A stretch of 64,000 bases of DNA, taken from assembly GCF_018350175.1 (NCBI RefSeq), contig NC_058382.1, positions 59,336,001-59,400,000 of the forward strand. The letters are read 5' to 3'. The stretch comes from Felis catus. Taxonomy: Eukaryota. The position numbers were made by a program, and so were the translations under genes. Below the pieces are notes generated by a model that worked only from the letters and a program-made list of their open reading frames with translations, was not told the DNA's origin and ran no database searches. Every line of letters begins with the position of its first letter. The stretch's first letter is position 1. Below are positions 47,491 through 59,164 of the stretch, piece by piece.

Positions 47491-47726
47491 CCCCGCCCCA
47501 CCCCCACCCCCATATCCTAGTGAAAGCCAGAATGAGCTGATCATGTTTTCAATGATACAGATCCAGTTAAGAGGATAGAAGAGAGAGAAACGTTGACGAT
47601 TAAGGTTTCTGAGAAGATGAGCTGCAAAGTCAGGTGGAAGGATGGGTGTTAGGTATGAAAACAGGCCATTCTTCACTGCAACGGGAACAACCACCAATGG
47701 AACAATGGCGTTTGTAAATTGATCTC

Positions 47727-48131
47727 TGTATTAGTAGAGCTCTTCTGGGGTAATCAGTAGAACAAACAATTCCATCATCTCAGTAGCTTATACTAGCAGA
47801 CTTTGATTTCTGATTTGTGAGCCTGTGGCTTGGCTGAGCTCAGTTGGGCTCAGTTTGGAGTCTTCTCCCAATGTCCCTGATTCCAAGGAGCAACACATAC
47901 TTGGCTTGTTTTTCTCATGCAGATGGCAGGAGCAAAAACAAGCAAACAAACAAAAAAGGTGGAGCAAGGTTTCATGACTCTCAAGGCCTCTTCTTGGAAT
48001 CGTGCCATCATTTCTGCCCATATTCCTTTGGTCAAAGCAGGTCGCCTGGCCAAGTTCAAAGTCACTGGACAGGGAGGTGGGGGCTGGGGAGTGGGACACG
48101 GGCATCTGTGTCACAATAATATAATCTACCA
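47727..48131 (-). mobile_element. MLT1 (I/J-type) solo LTR
   Basis: TGTATTAGT...CATCTCAGTAGCTTA...CATTTCTGCCCATATTCCTTTGGTCAAAGCAGGTCGCCTGGCCAAG...AATCTACCA. Confidence 0.85.
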
Positions 48132-49497
48132 GAACATCTTTGGGAGGACAAGTTAAGGAGCTTCTATTTCTTATATGAAGTAGGAGACAAATCCAACTCT
48201 TGCAAATGAAGTTGTTTTTGAGCAAGTGGAGAAGGTTTGAAAGAATGTGGAAATATTTAGGTCCTGTGATGCACAAGCTTGAGGAACACAACTATAGGTT
48301 TGGTCTTCAGTGAGCTCTTCAGGAAGAGAGAGGCTTACCGTGCAGGACGCGGCTGGCACTACAGCTCTGGCTCTCATTTGGGCTCAAATTTACATGCAAA
48401 TCCTTTTCTCTAGACTCAGTTGCTCTGGAGCAACATCATCTTGTCACCCTGGGGGAGGAGTGGGAGAGAAGGTGAGGGCACACTTTCACCACACTCTCCC
48501 TGTTTGGTTTTAGGAACACGAAGACTCCATGAAACTGTGTTTTCGTGATTATCGTATGGAGTAGAAGACACCCACCCCATCCAATTGCCAAGGTAATTTT
48601 TCCCCCCGTGTCATAACAGAAAGAACCTGGCCAGGTTACACTCCAGGTGAGTGGAAGCTGGAAAATCCAGGCAGCTGAGGATTCTGTCCTCAGAGTTGCT
48701 TTGGCCCCGGTCTGGGTTTTGCTAGAATGTTCCGAAGGTCACGTCAGAATGTTTCCATCATAGCCAGATGCACTCTGGTGTTTACTCAGCCCTCTTCCTT
48801 TCAGTGTTAGGTACCATCATATACAAGAGAAATCCAACGCCAGGGTTCAATTCATTCCACTTAAATTGTTAAAACGCCTGTTTCTGGCTGCAGTAGGAGG
48901 CCTTTAAGCCCTCCCTTTTGACCCAGGAAGTACTCCATACCAGCAACTACCCTGTCCAGCATCTGAAGGCTTGCCAAGAGACTATTTCAAAACTCACCTT
49001 TCCTGTTGATCATAACTGGACTATTTCCCAAGCCTACTGCCCTGCTAGCATGAGGAAGGAGAAGTGACCACAGCTCCCTAGATGTCACATTCAGTTGGTC
49101 ACAGGATAAGTCAGTCACAGGGCGTGCTGTGCCACAATCCCCAGGGCAGCCATGTCCTTAACATGCCGTCCTCTTGGCCGTAACTTACTGGGCTAACTCC
49201 CTGGAAGACTGGGATTCAGGGCGACAATCTGCACGTGGGATGCGCTGAAGCCAGGAGCCTTTCACCACTGCCATGCACGCACCCAACTGGCCCTCCAACA
49301 AGCTAACTCAGCAGGGAAGTCCCTCCAGGCTCCAGGACCAGCCTGGAATGTTATAAGAATGAACTGTTAATGTGTGTGTGGAAAGCCAGGAAGCGCCAGG
49401 CGTCACTGTGCAATTACCGGGGTGGATGGCTTGTTAGGGCAAAAGACCGCATTTGAACCGAGTCCACGAAATCGGCTTTCCTGGTCTAGATACTGAT

Positions 49498-49640
49498 GTC
49501 TAATCCTTACAACTCTCTGAGACGAGGGTACATGCATTTCCATTTTGCACAGGAAGAAACTGAGACTCAGTCATGGGACTTGTTCCAAGTTTCACAGCTA
49601 CTGGAAAGTGACAGCTAGGATTCAAACCCAAATAGCTTCA
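49498..49640 (-). mobile_element. MIR SINE
   Basis: CCATTTTGCACAGGAAGAAACTGAGACTCAG...AGGATTCAAACCCA. Confidence 0.85.
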
Positions 49641-50100
49641 GGACCATGACTGTTCCCATCGGAAATGCTGATAAATAATAAGTTATAAGCTCCACATGTG
49701 ACCAGTGTGGATTCTAAGAATGTGAGATTTAAGGGGGAAAAGGACTTTAGACATTTCTGAGTTTCACAGAGCTAATTCCACTCTCACAAGGGTAACTCTA
49801 TCTCCCAAACTTCTCAGCATGTCTATTTCCATCAAGCCCTCATCTCTTAGGGATATGCTACAGATTGGGTGTGAATGACACATCTGCATGGCAATTTAGC
49901 AATTGCATGAAGAGCCTCAAAGAGATTCATACCACTTGTGCTCACTGGATCAGGACAACAACTATATGGGCAAGCCCACGTGAGACCAAGCAAGTCAACA
50001 TCAAGGACCCACCCTGAAGAAATGCATTCATTCATCCATCATTAATTAATTCATAACTATCAACTGTGTACCTGCTACATGCCAAATACTCATAATGCAT

Positions 50101-50278
50101 ATTTATTTTTAAAAATGTAAATGTTTATTTTTGAGAAGGGGGAGGAGCAGAGAGAGTATCTCAAGCAGGCTCTGCACGGACAGCAGAAAGCCCAACACAG
50201 GGCTCAAATTCACGAACTGTGAGATCACGACCTGAGACAAAGTTAGACACTTAACTGACTGAGCCACCCAGGTGCCCC
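50101..50278 (-). mobile_element. SINEC (felid), shortened
   Basis: AATGTTTATTTTTGAGA...TTAACTGACTGAGCCACCCAGGTGCCCC. Confidence 0.93.
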
Positions 50279-50299
50279 TCACAACGTGTATGTTGAAGG

Positions 50300-50690
50300 A
50301 CCATCATAACAGTGTTGATTTTAAGAGCAATAATTATAAAACCACCTACACACCCATTGTTAGTGAGATAATTACATCCCAAAAGATCCAGATGTTGGAA
50401 GACTCTGCAGACATTAAAGTTCAAGTTTTCTCATAATCAGTCAATAGAAAAAATAAACAAAATATTAAATAAAAAGCATGAAACAACTTATATTTAGCGT
50501 GACCCTAATTTTGTAAGGATATACAAATATGTGTTCGTGCACAGACAAAAATCGCAGGCAGTGTATCAAAGGGGTGATGGTAGATTTCTTGGAATAATAA
50601 CATTGAGTGATTTCTATTTTATTCTGTGTGGTTTTTCTTTCTGTATGTTTCCAGTCTTCAGCTCGAGTGTATGTTAGTTTTAGCACAAGG
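50300..50690 (+). mobile_element. Old L1ME-type 3' end fragment
   Basis: A-rich segment with L1 3' UTR pattern (CCCTAATTTTGTAAG...GAGTGATTTCTATTTTATTCT). Confidence 0.55.
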
Positions 50691-51124
50691 AACAGGACAC
50701 AAAATGTCACTGGCTTGCTTGAAAGAGCGACATTTTTTGGTGCATGGGGCAGGTGCTCCTACCTCCATCAGCACGGAGTCTGCAGTGCGTGTGGCCCCTC
50801 CAAGCTTCTATCCCTAACATCCTGACTGGGAACAACAACAGTGCTTTCCCGTCCATCTGCTGAATAGAACCTGTCACCTCCCCTCCCCAGCCTGTCCTTG
50901 TCCCAGGGCTGCCATCTTGGTCACTGGCTCTTGGATCTAGGCTTTCCACCTCCCAGAAGACACTAAAGTCAAGGGAGTTGACGTGTGTGGTTCCTTCCAC
51001 GTGACAGTTGCAAGATGTTCTGGTAATTCCGAAAGGAGCATCTTCCTGCCAGTGACAGTGAGCCCTGGAAGCCCCAGATCTAGACCCTGTCAGGCATTCA
51101 CTCCCTTAGGAACAGATCTCTGTG

Positions 51125-51335
51125 GAGTGGACTTGTGGTTCAAATCCCAGCAGAGCAGCCCAGTACCTCTACGACCTAGGGTAGCGTATGATACTTTCTC
51201 TCTGCCTTGGGTTCCTTAGACGTAAAGCAAAAATAAAATACGAACCTCCCTTCTGGGGCAGTTGTGTGGATTAAGAGCAATAATGCTTGTGAATACTGAG
51301 AACCGCACGTGGGGTGTAGCAGTGTGCGTTCACTC
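51125..51335 (+). mobile_element. MIR SINE
   Basis: GGTTCAAATCCCAGC...GTTGTGTGGATTAAGAGCAATAATGCTTGTGAA. Confidence 0.7.
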
Positions 51336-51486
51336 CTGTGACCGGTGCCCCCTCTGTTCATTTGGGTGCCTGTAAGTCTAAGGAGCCCAACTGTCAACAG
51401 GATGCCCGAGACAAGCAAGTCCCAATCGTGCATTTGTGAACAAAAAATGCTCCTTTGTGGTTCCCACTGTGATTAGAATTATTTCT

Positions 51487-52105
51487 TTAAAAAACATTTT
51501 AATGTGGTAAAGCACACATAAGATCCAGCAGTTGGGGCTGTTTTGCACTTTCACACTGTGCCACCATCACCACTACCAAGTTCCAGAACATTTCACCTCC
51601 CAAAAGGAGACTGTACCTGTCAGCAGCCACGCCCATCCCCTCCTCAGCCCCCAGCAACCCCTCCCCTTCTTTCTGTCCCCAGGTTTACCTGCTCTGGACG
51701 CCTCCTGTACATGGAAACCTACAACATGTGGCCTCCGTGACTGGCATTTTCTACTTAGCGAAATGTTTCTAAGGGCACTCACGCTGTGCTGTGTGACAGC
51801 ATTTCATCCGTTTTCATGGTGGAGTAGTACTCAGTCGTGTAGACAAACCACATATGTCTGGCCAGCGTCTGTTGATGGACATTTGGGCTGTTTCCACCTC
51901 TTGCCTGTGACGAATAGCGCTGCTATGGACATCCCTGGACAAGTTTCTGTGTGAGCTCCTGCCTTCATTTCCCTTGGGCAGACACCCAGGTGTGGAATTG
52001 CTGGGTCGGAGGGTAAACTCTGCGTTTCACTTACTGAGGAACTTCCAGACTGCACCATTTTACACCCCCACCAGCAGTGTATGAGGCTTCCATTTTCTCT
52101 ACATC
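51487..52105 (-). mobile_element. L1MB-type LINE 3' fragment (ORF2 end and 3' UTR)
   Basis: GTTGATGGACATTTGGGCTGTTTCCACCT...GTGGAATTGCTGGGTC...CCCACCAGCAGTGTATGAGG. Confidence 0.92.
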
Positions 52106-52647
52106 AGGTCTGTCTCTGGACAAGACCCTCGTAGGGAAGGCCCTTGTCACAACCAGTGTCCAGCCAGTGTGCCTTCCAAAGCATCTGCTGTTCACGGAAG
52201 ACCCTTGCCTCAACGGAAAGTGGCAAGGCACCACTTAGAAGGGCCACAGAAGGTGCACACGGCCGCCGTGTGAGGCTCTCTCTCACAACACACGTGTGAG
52301 GACCACGGCAAATCCCACCAGCACCCAGGACAGCAAAGTCCCCGGCACCTCGGCCTCCAGGAACAGCAAACACACAGACGGTGTGGGCACTTTGGAGACA
52401 GTCCCTGCAAACACGTGCCCTGCGCGGGGTCCTGTCTGTCTGCAACGTACCATCACCGACAAAGCATCCTCCCTTCCCATCTCAGGGAGCCCCCACCTTG
52501 CCTGGATGGAATCAGTGGGTTTGATTGAACTCAGTGTGGGGCCCCATCACGAACTCAGGAGCTCCGTTTTGCGCCAAAATGTGTGGGGTGTGTGAAAATG
52601 GCATCTCCCTCGGGCCCTGGGCCTCCCGTCTCAGAAGTGGGTTTTAC

Positions 52648-53020
52648 CAAACTCACAGAAACAGAAAGTGGGACAGAGGTCGCCAGGGGCTGGGGTGGGG
52701 GTTGGCGATACAACAGGAGGAGGGTACGAACTTCCAGTTATAAGACGAGTAAGTTCTGGGGAGGGAGGTCTAGGATGCGGCATGGGGGCCGCAGCTAATG
52801 ACGCTGCAGTGTGTAACTGCAAGCTGCCAACACAGTAGATATTAAGTGTTCTCACCACACACACACACACACACACAACTATGCAAGGTAATGGGTGTTA
52901 ACCAACCTTATCGCGGGGATCACTACACAATTTATACACATACCAAATCATCACATTGTAAAATTAAACTTACACAGTGTTCTGTGTCAGTTATATCTCA
53001 ATAAAACTGTAAAACAATAA
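52648..53020 (+). mobile_element. 5'-truncated L1 (L1MA9-like) 3' end with 13-bp TSD AAGTGGGTTTTAC
   Basis: AACTTCCAGTTATAAGACGAGTAAGTTCTGGGGA...TTATATCTCAATAAAACTG; TSD at 52635-52647 and 53021-53033; contains a (CA)n tract. Confidence 0.92.
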
Positions 53021-53099
53021 AAGTGGGTTTTACAACTCCAAGGAAATCCAGGTTTGTGCTGGAAACAGGTTTCCCCATAACAGGCCAGAAGAGGGTTGC

Positions 53100-53224
53100 A
53101 TGGCACATAAAATGCAGGGTGGGAGCCTGTTAGAAATGCGAAACTTCAGGTCTTTTGGGATCAGAATCTGCATTTAAACTTGGTCCCCGGGTGAGCCCTG
53201 TCCGCGGTGGTTTGAGAAGCACCT
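53100..53224. mobile_element. MER5A-type MITE
   Basis: GGGAGCCTGTTAGAAATGC...ATCAGAATCTGCATTTAAAC...TTTGAGAAGCAC. Confidence 0.85.
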
Positions 53225-53469
53225 CTGGAGAGCACACACAGGGCAGGAGTGGGGCTGAGCTCAAACCTGGACGCTCTGACCATTTTGCTGTATGAGCAGG
53301 AGCAGATTCCTCAACCTCGCCAAACTCTGCTTCTTACCCACCTGGTAAAAGGCATCCAGGAGCATTCAGTTCCTCTGATAACTTTCTGCTTCAGAGTCAC
53401 ATCTCATGACGTGTGTCCTCGTTCTCATTGCTGCAAAACTAATTACCAGCAAATTCGCAGCTTATATAG

Positions 53470-53990
53470 GTAAATTGTCCTGTATCCCACAGGACTTTCA
53501 GATGCACCCTGGACACTCATAAAATTTTAAATCCCATTCATAATTATCTGAGTCCATCTTATTTTGCACAAGAATAAAATGCTTCAATATGCGTTTAATT
53601 TCTCAGGAATATGACTACCGTGTACATCACAGGAAGGAAGGTTGTGTTATATCTACGGCGAACTTTCTCACGGCTGATCACCATGTCAGAAAAACACATC
53701 ACCAATGACAGAATCATCAAAAACACCTCTGTGTCCCACCCACATCTGTATGCCATAGTGCACACTGTACCTTTTGATCTAAACCTTGGAGCTGCAAATT
53801 TATGGAGCCCATTCAATTTAAGTGAAATGCTCCCATATAACCTAAGTATAAAGCTATTCCTCAATAAATCAACCATCCAAATCAGTTGTACTTTCTAACT
53901 TAAAAAAAATTGTCTTCTTTTTGTCCATTCAAATGTGTTAATAGATGCTTCCAAAGACAATCACTTTATATTGAAATTCTAAGGTAGAGA
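53470..53990 (-). mobile_element. hAT-Charlie DNA transposon fossil (MER20B/Charlie24-like) with transposase remnant
   Basis: ATAATTATCTGAG...CAGGAATATGACTACCGTGTA matches MER20B-type sequence; reverse strand reads FILRL...KLNGL/NLQLQGLDQ (frameshifted), like the hAT motif LAYLxDIFxKLNxLNLQLQG. Confidence 0.7.
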
Positions 53991-54024
53991 GAAGACAGAT
54001 GATTAGTTAAATAGGAATGAAGAA

Positions 54025-54460
54025 GGATGGATGGATGCATAATGGATGGGTGTTTGGATGGATGGATGGATGGATGGATGGACGGACGGATAGATGATGG
54101 ATGGATGGATGGATGGATGGATGGACAGATGGATGATGGATATTGGACAATGGATGTTGGATGATGGATGGATGGATGGATGGATGGACGGATGGATGGG
54201 TGAATGATGGATGGATGGTTGTATTGATGGATGGATAGATGATGGATGGATACATTGTAGATGGATAATCGATGGATAGATGGGTGGATGATGGATACAT
54301 GGATATTGGATAATGGATGTTGGATGATGGATGGATGGATGGATGGATGGATGGTTGGATTGATGGATGGATAGATGATGGATGGATGGATGGATGGATA
54401 GATGATAGATGGACAGATGGATAGATGATGGATGGACAGATGATGGATGGATAGATGAAT
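54025..54460. repeat. Degenerate (GGAT)n tetranucleotide repeat
   Basis: About 435 bp of GGAT/AGAT/GAT units. Confidence 0.97.
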
Positions 54461-56059
54461 AGACAGGCAAGGGATATACTTGACCTTGATTTTGTCACCT
54501 GGATAAAAAAGGCTTTAGAATATCTTAGGGAAGTTCTCTTTGGTTTTCTCTCCTGAGGATCACCCTTAAAGAACATGGACTCTCAAAGGCCCCTTTTGTC
54601 ATAAACCATGAGGTAATTTATCATACTAAGATTTTATGCTTTTCTTTGATAAAATAGAAGTGCATTGTGAAGGAGGAGGTGAACAGAGGAAAGAAAAGAG
54701 GAAGACAGGCAAAATTCAATTCCATGAAAGCTCACTCCCTTAAACCATCCATATTCAGGTAACTTCCAGAAAGCCCCATGTGCCCCTGAGGAACCAGAAC
54801 CTCTGTACAACATCCTATTATGTGTTTGTGACATCCTGTGCTATGACACCCCCCTTGTTCCACGGGACACACTGGATAAGCCATCAGTCCAATTCAACCC
54901 CACTTGTTCACAGAGGCCAGAGAGAGCAGGTGGCTTGTCCAAGGGCACAGAACAAATGGCTAAGCTGGAAAAACCTCAAGCCCATTCTCCTTGGCAAATA
55001 CCCCTAAGAACATACCGCTCAGACTCCCAGCTTCCCCCCAAACACGCCCATCACCTGAGAAGCAGAGGTAGGGCCTGCCCAGGTGCCTAAGTACTCGGCA
55101 GGCCTGGGCACTGAAGAGGGGCTGGGAAGCCAGGGCTGAGGAAGGAACAGCTGAAGGCTGGTGCAGTCAAGAGAAGGATCCGGATGCTGATCCCCCACCC
55201 TCCCAGATCTACAGCCCTGGAACCTGGGCCTCTTCCTCAGGCATCTGTCTCCAAATACGCAGTCAGTTCCCGAAGCCCACTTGCAACAAGGTGGCACGTC
55301 CTGGGCTGACAACACCCTCCAGGGACAGCTGGTCTCTCTGCTGGACTTGGGAGCAGCAAGGGCCAGCATTTGGGGGCTCTTGTTGCAGAGGATACGTGTT
55401 CAGGCTTCGACGCGAGGCCCAGGGCACAGGTTTTATTTTGCTCTGGGGCTGTCTGGCTGTCTAAGGTTGCAGGCTGGGGCCGGGGTCTCTGCCTTTCACC
55501 AGGACCCCCTTGGAAACTAAACAGACGCCTGTGGGGGCTGTTTATTCTGCACAAGAAATAACAATTAGGCAGCCGGGAGGAACAATGGGCACTTGGAGAA
55601 ACCCTGACTGCAAAACAGCAAGAACCAAACAGAACTCACTAGTAAACCTCGCCAGGGGAAGGGGGCGGGGAACGAAGAAAGACTCGGTCAGATCGGTTTC
55701 TGAGTTGCAAGAGCATTTGGTGACGGAGGAAGTCAACATGTGTTTCCATGTGCGCTCTTTACGAGAGGAACGCGCACATTTATGGGCCCCTGTACGATAC
55801 TTGCCGAATCTCGTGGTTGGTTTGGTTTTCCCAGCTAAATTATCCACGTTCCTTTATCTGGTGCGGGGTATGGACACAGTTTATTCGCTGGGGGGATGGC
55901 GCCCTCAGCAGTGAAGGCGGCGGGTGGGGGGACTCCTCAGAGACGTGTTCACTCCCTTCCCGCCCCCCCCCCCCACCGCCCGCCGCAGACCTCGGACTGA
56001 GGAGCGTGCGGCCACCTCACACCAGCGCGTCACACGTACGCTGAACCGCCAGGTACTTG

Positions 56060-57075
56060 TTTTGTCTTTAAAAAGATTTTAGTCGGGGCGCCTGGGTGGC
56101 GCCGTCGGTTAAGCGTCCAACTTCAGCCAGGTCACGATCTCGCGGTCCGTGAGTTCGAGCCCCGCGTCGGGCTCTGGGCTGATGGCTCAGAGCCTGGAGC
56201 CTGTTTCCGATTCTGTGTCTCCCTCTCTCTCTGCCCCTCCCCCGTTCATGCTCTGTCTCTCTCTGTCCCAAAAATAAATAAACGTTGAAAAAAAATAAAA
56301 AGATTTTAGTTTGGAACATTGTTGCAAGTAAAGTGGCTTTTCACCTAGATTCCCCTTTTACCATGTTGCCCTCTTCCCATTCACACACGGCCACACACAC
56401 GCACCCTGGTGCACACAACACTCACCCACACACGGCCGCACGCTTGCTTCCGTGGCCGCCGAGACTCTTGAGAGAATGTTGCGGATGCCACGGCAGCCAC
56501 CAACCAGGCCTGCTTTGGCACATCTCCTCACCACGGCGACAGTCTCGGACACCGCCACGGGACAAGTACCGTGCTGCCCTGCAGCGCACGAGGAAGACTC
56601 AGGTTGGCCCACAGGTCCCCTGACCTTGTTGCCACGGCGTTCCCCAGGCTGGGGGGATGCTCTCCGCCCGCTGACCTGTCTGTTCAGCCTCTTTGAATCG
56701 GAGACATCCCCCCATCTTCCCGTTTCCCATGACACGGGCATTCTGGGAGGGTATGAGCCAACCGTCTGGTCAAACTTCCCTCAGTTTGGGTCAGTCTGAC
56801 GTTTCCTTGCTATCTGATTCAGGCTATGCGTTTGGGGCAGGAACAGCCCAGAAGTGGTGCTGTGCCCTCAGGACATCGCACCGGGGGCCCAGGGACAGTG
56901 ATGTGAGTTTTGACCACTTGGCTAACGTGGGGGCCCCCTGAATTCTCCACCATAAATGCACCTCTTCCTTCCCCTGTAATTAGGAGGCTGTCTGTAGTGC
57001 CAATGCCTGTTCCCCAGAGACTCACCATCAAGGCCGTTAGCCTGAGTAACTTGAGGTTTTCTCTGAATAGTCCCA
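56060..57075 (-). mobile_element. L1MC4/5-type LINE 3' end (host of the young SINEC)
   Basis: TTCACCTAGATTCCCC...CCTCAGTTTGGGTCAGTCTGACGTTTCCT...TTTGGGGCAGGAAC...TTTGACCACTTGGCTAA. Confidence 0.8.
56085..56295 (+). mobile_element. Young full-length SINEC_Fc-type SINE with 15-bp TSD TAAAAAGATTTTAGT
   Basis: CpG-rich body (CAGCCAGGTCACGATCTCGCGGTCCGTGAG...CTGTTTCCGATTC...GTCCCAAAAATAAATAAACGTTG); perfect TSD at 56069-56083 and 56296-56310. Confidence 0.98.
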
Positions 57076-58924
57076 CTTTTTGCTTAATTAAGAGGAAATA
57101 CCACACCTCTGCCATAAAGGAAACACCAACATCATTTTTCTTTAAAGCCAGATAACAGAAATAGAACTTTTCAAAGTCAGCTATGTTTGCCTTCTTATGA
57201 CTCTGAGCTGAGGCTGCTCCCTGTTAAAAAGGAGACGTCACCACATGTTGGGGACTTGTTAGGGACCCATCAGCACCCAGCAGAGACGCTCTCCACGCTG
57301 CCTCACAGAACTAACCCCATACCCGGGTACACTGTATGCTGAGAGATCCCTGGGAGGACTCTGCCCTGAGACTCCCCGCAGACACCGTTCAGCGTGCCCT
57401 TCAGGGCGGGGTGACCCCCACACCCACTGGCAACCCGGAGCCGATTCCTTAGCTGGAATACCCAGCAGGGACGCAGTAAGGGTGCACCTGCCAGGCCTCC
57501 TGCATTCCGTCTCGAGTTCCCTCAGCTTCACACTCCTTTTTCCTTCCCTAACCCTAACAGGTTGATCCTGAGGAATACCCACCCCACCTCTCACTACGCA
57601 CTGGACTCCCGAACTGTTCACTCCAGCGGACCCTGCTGCAAAGGCAGCATCACACGCTGAACTTCTGAAGGCCCTGCCTGCTCGCAGACAGGATGCAAAC
57701 TGGACATCATGCCCACATCCGAATACCGGATCTTCCTCCTCGGTGTGACCCAGACCCTGCACCCGGTTCACTGGCTGACCTCAGAGACTCAGCGCTCACA
57801 AAACACGTGAACTCGGCAGCCTCCGTCTAGCACCCAGGGCAGGGTCGTGTTTTCCGTAAAATCTCTCCTAGGGTATGAAACCCATCTTTAAAACAGAGCT
57901 GGTCTGCTGGGAGTGAGGAGCCCTGAGCCCACAGACCCACTCCTCCATTCTCTCTCGACCCCTCCACACTGCCACGGAATGCTGAGTGCTGCGTGGAAAG
58001 AATCCCGGTGGAGAATCCCCATTCTAGAACACCACACAGGGAGCCCAGAGAGGCTGGCCCGTGGCCCCAAGTTCATTTACATTTATTCTTGCAGATTTAC
58101 GAACCACTCAGAAGGGAAGGCATTTATTAAGCAAATATCCTCCTTGTGCCAACCTCCCAGGTCACCCCAGAACTCTCTTAGATGCTCCTGAACAGCTGTC
58201 ACGTCTAAGAGCCATTAGCGCCACGCCACGGATGACGACGCTTGGGTTCGTGGGCGCCACGAGGTTTGCCCCCCGCCAGGACGGTGGCGGAGCCAGATGC
58301 ATAGTCAGGTGTGTCTGACCCACAGGGCCGCGCACACAGGCGAGGCTGTGAGACCCGCCGACCGGGAGGAGGGGACCTCGGCGTGCTGTGCCACCTTCTG
58401 CCCCTTCTAACAGCACCTTTGGGAGGCGGGGCATCAGGGTCCCCTCCTCCTGAGTTGAACTCACAGGAAAGAACGCTGGGAAGAAACTCCATGCTTGTTT
58501 GGAGTTTGGTTCTTGGTTTTGGTTTGGTTCCGTTTTGTTTTAACACCTCTCCCTCCGCACATGAGAGCCTGTGAAGATGGTCCTCCCCAGGGAAGCTCAC
58601 AGAGAGCATTCCCCAGACACCCTGTGGCCCGAGGAAAAGCCCAGGTCTGCACGGTGGTCCCAGGATGTTACCCTGCAGGCCACCCTGGCGCTTCACCAGC
58701 ACGTGGGACCCAGCCAGCGGCACAGACCCTGCTGGCCCAGCCCGACACCTCATATGTGGCCAGTCAGGGAGCGGCAGGGGGGTGCAGGGTCTGGGCCCCA
58801 CAGATAGAGCAGATGCAGCCAGCCCCCCTCCTTCCCCTGGGGCTCAAGCAGGGAGCGGGGAGCACAGTGACAGCATCTCTAGCCTTCCAGCCAGAGGCGC
58901 CAAGGGCTCACAGGCCGGACAAAT

Positions 58925-59095
58925 TTTGTTCAAGTTTCAGCTCTGCCAATGACTAGCTGTGTGACCTTAGGCAACTTACCTACCCTTTCTGAGGCTTTGA
59001 GTGCTACAAAAGCAACTAAAAAGGTTTCTTGGAAAAGATTAACTGGGATAACACATGTAGAAAGCTTGGGAGAGTAACACACAGCCCTCACTGCC
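58925..59095 (+). mobile_element. MIR SINE
   Basis: CAGCTCTGCCAATGACTAGCTGTGTGACCTTAGGCAACTTACCTACCCTTTCTGAG. Confidence 0.85.
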
Positions 59096-59164
59096 CACTG
59101 GTAATAAAACAGTCAGAAATTCAGGGAGAGGGAAATTTGCACGAGATAACGCTACGTTTCAGTG

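Larger units (their letters stand above)
45350..48340 (-). mobile_element. Long fragmented L2 LINE hosting nested insertions
   Basis: Collinear reverse-L2 pieces at about 45350-45545, 45885-46620 (GACATGTTGAGATTTGAG...GGTCACTGGCGACTTTGGCAAAGC), 47520-47720 and 48135-48340. Confidence 0.7.

Noticed and set aside
53595..53876. Active or domesticated hAT transposase gene
   Set aside because: Only a short frameshifted remnant; no intact catalytic region.
54003..54576. His/Pro/Ser/Ile-rich ORFs on the minus strand
   Set aside because: Translations of the (GGAT)n simple repeat.
56085..56165. tRNA gene (A/B-box-like GGTGGCG...GAGTTCGAGCCC)
   Set aside because: It is the tRNA-derived head of a SINEC followed by (CT)n, A-tail and TSD; the same applies to the other SINEC and MIR heads.
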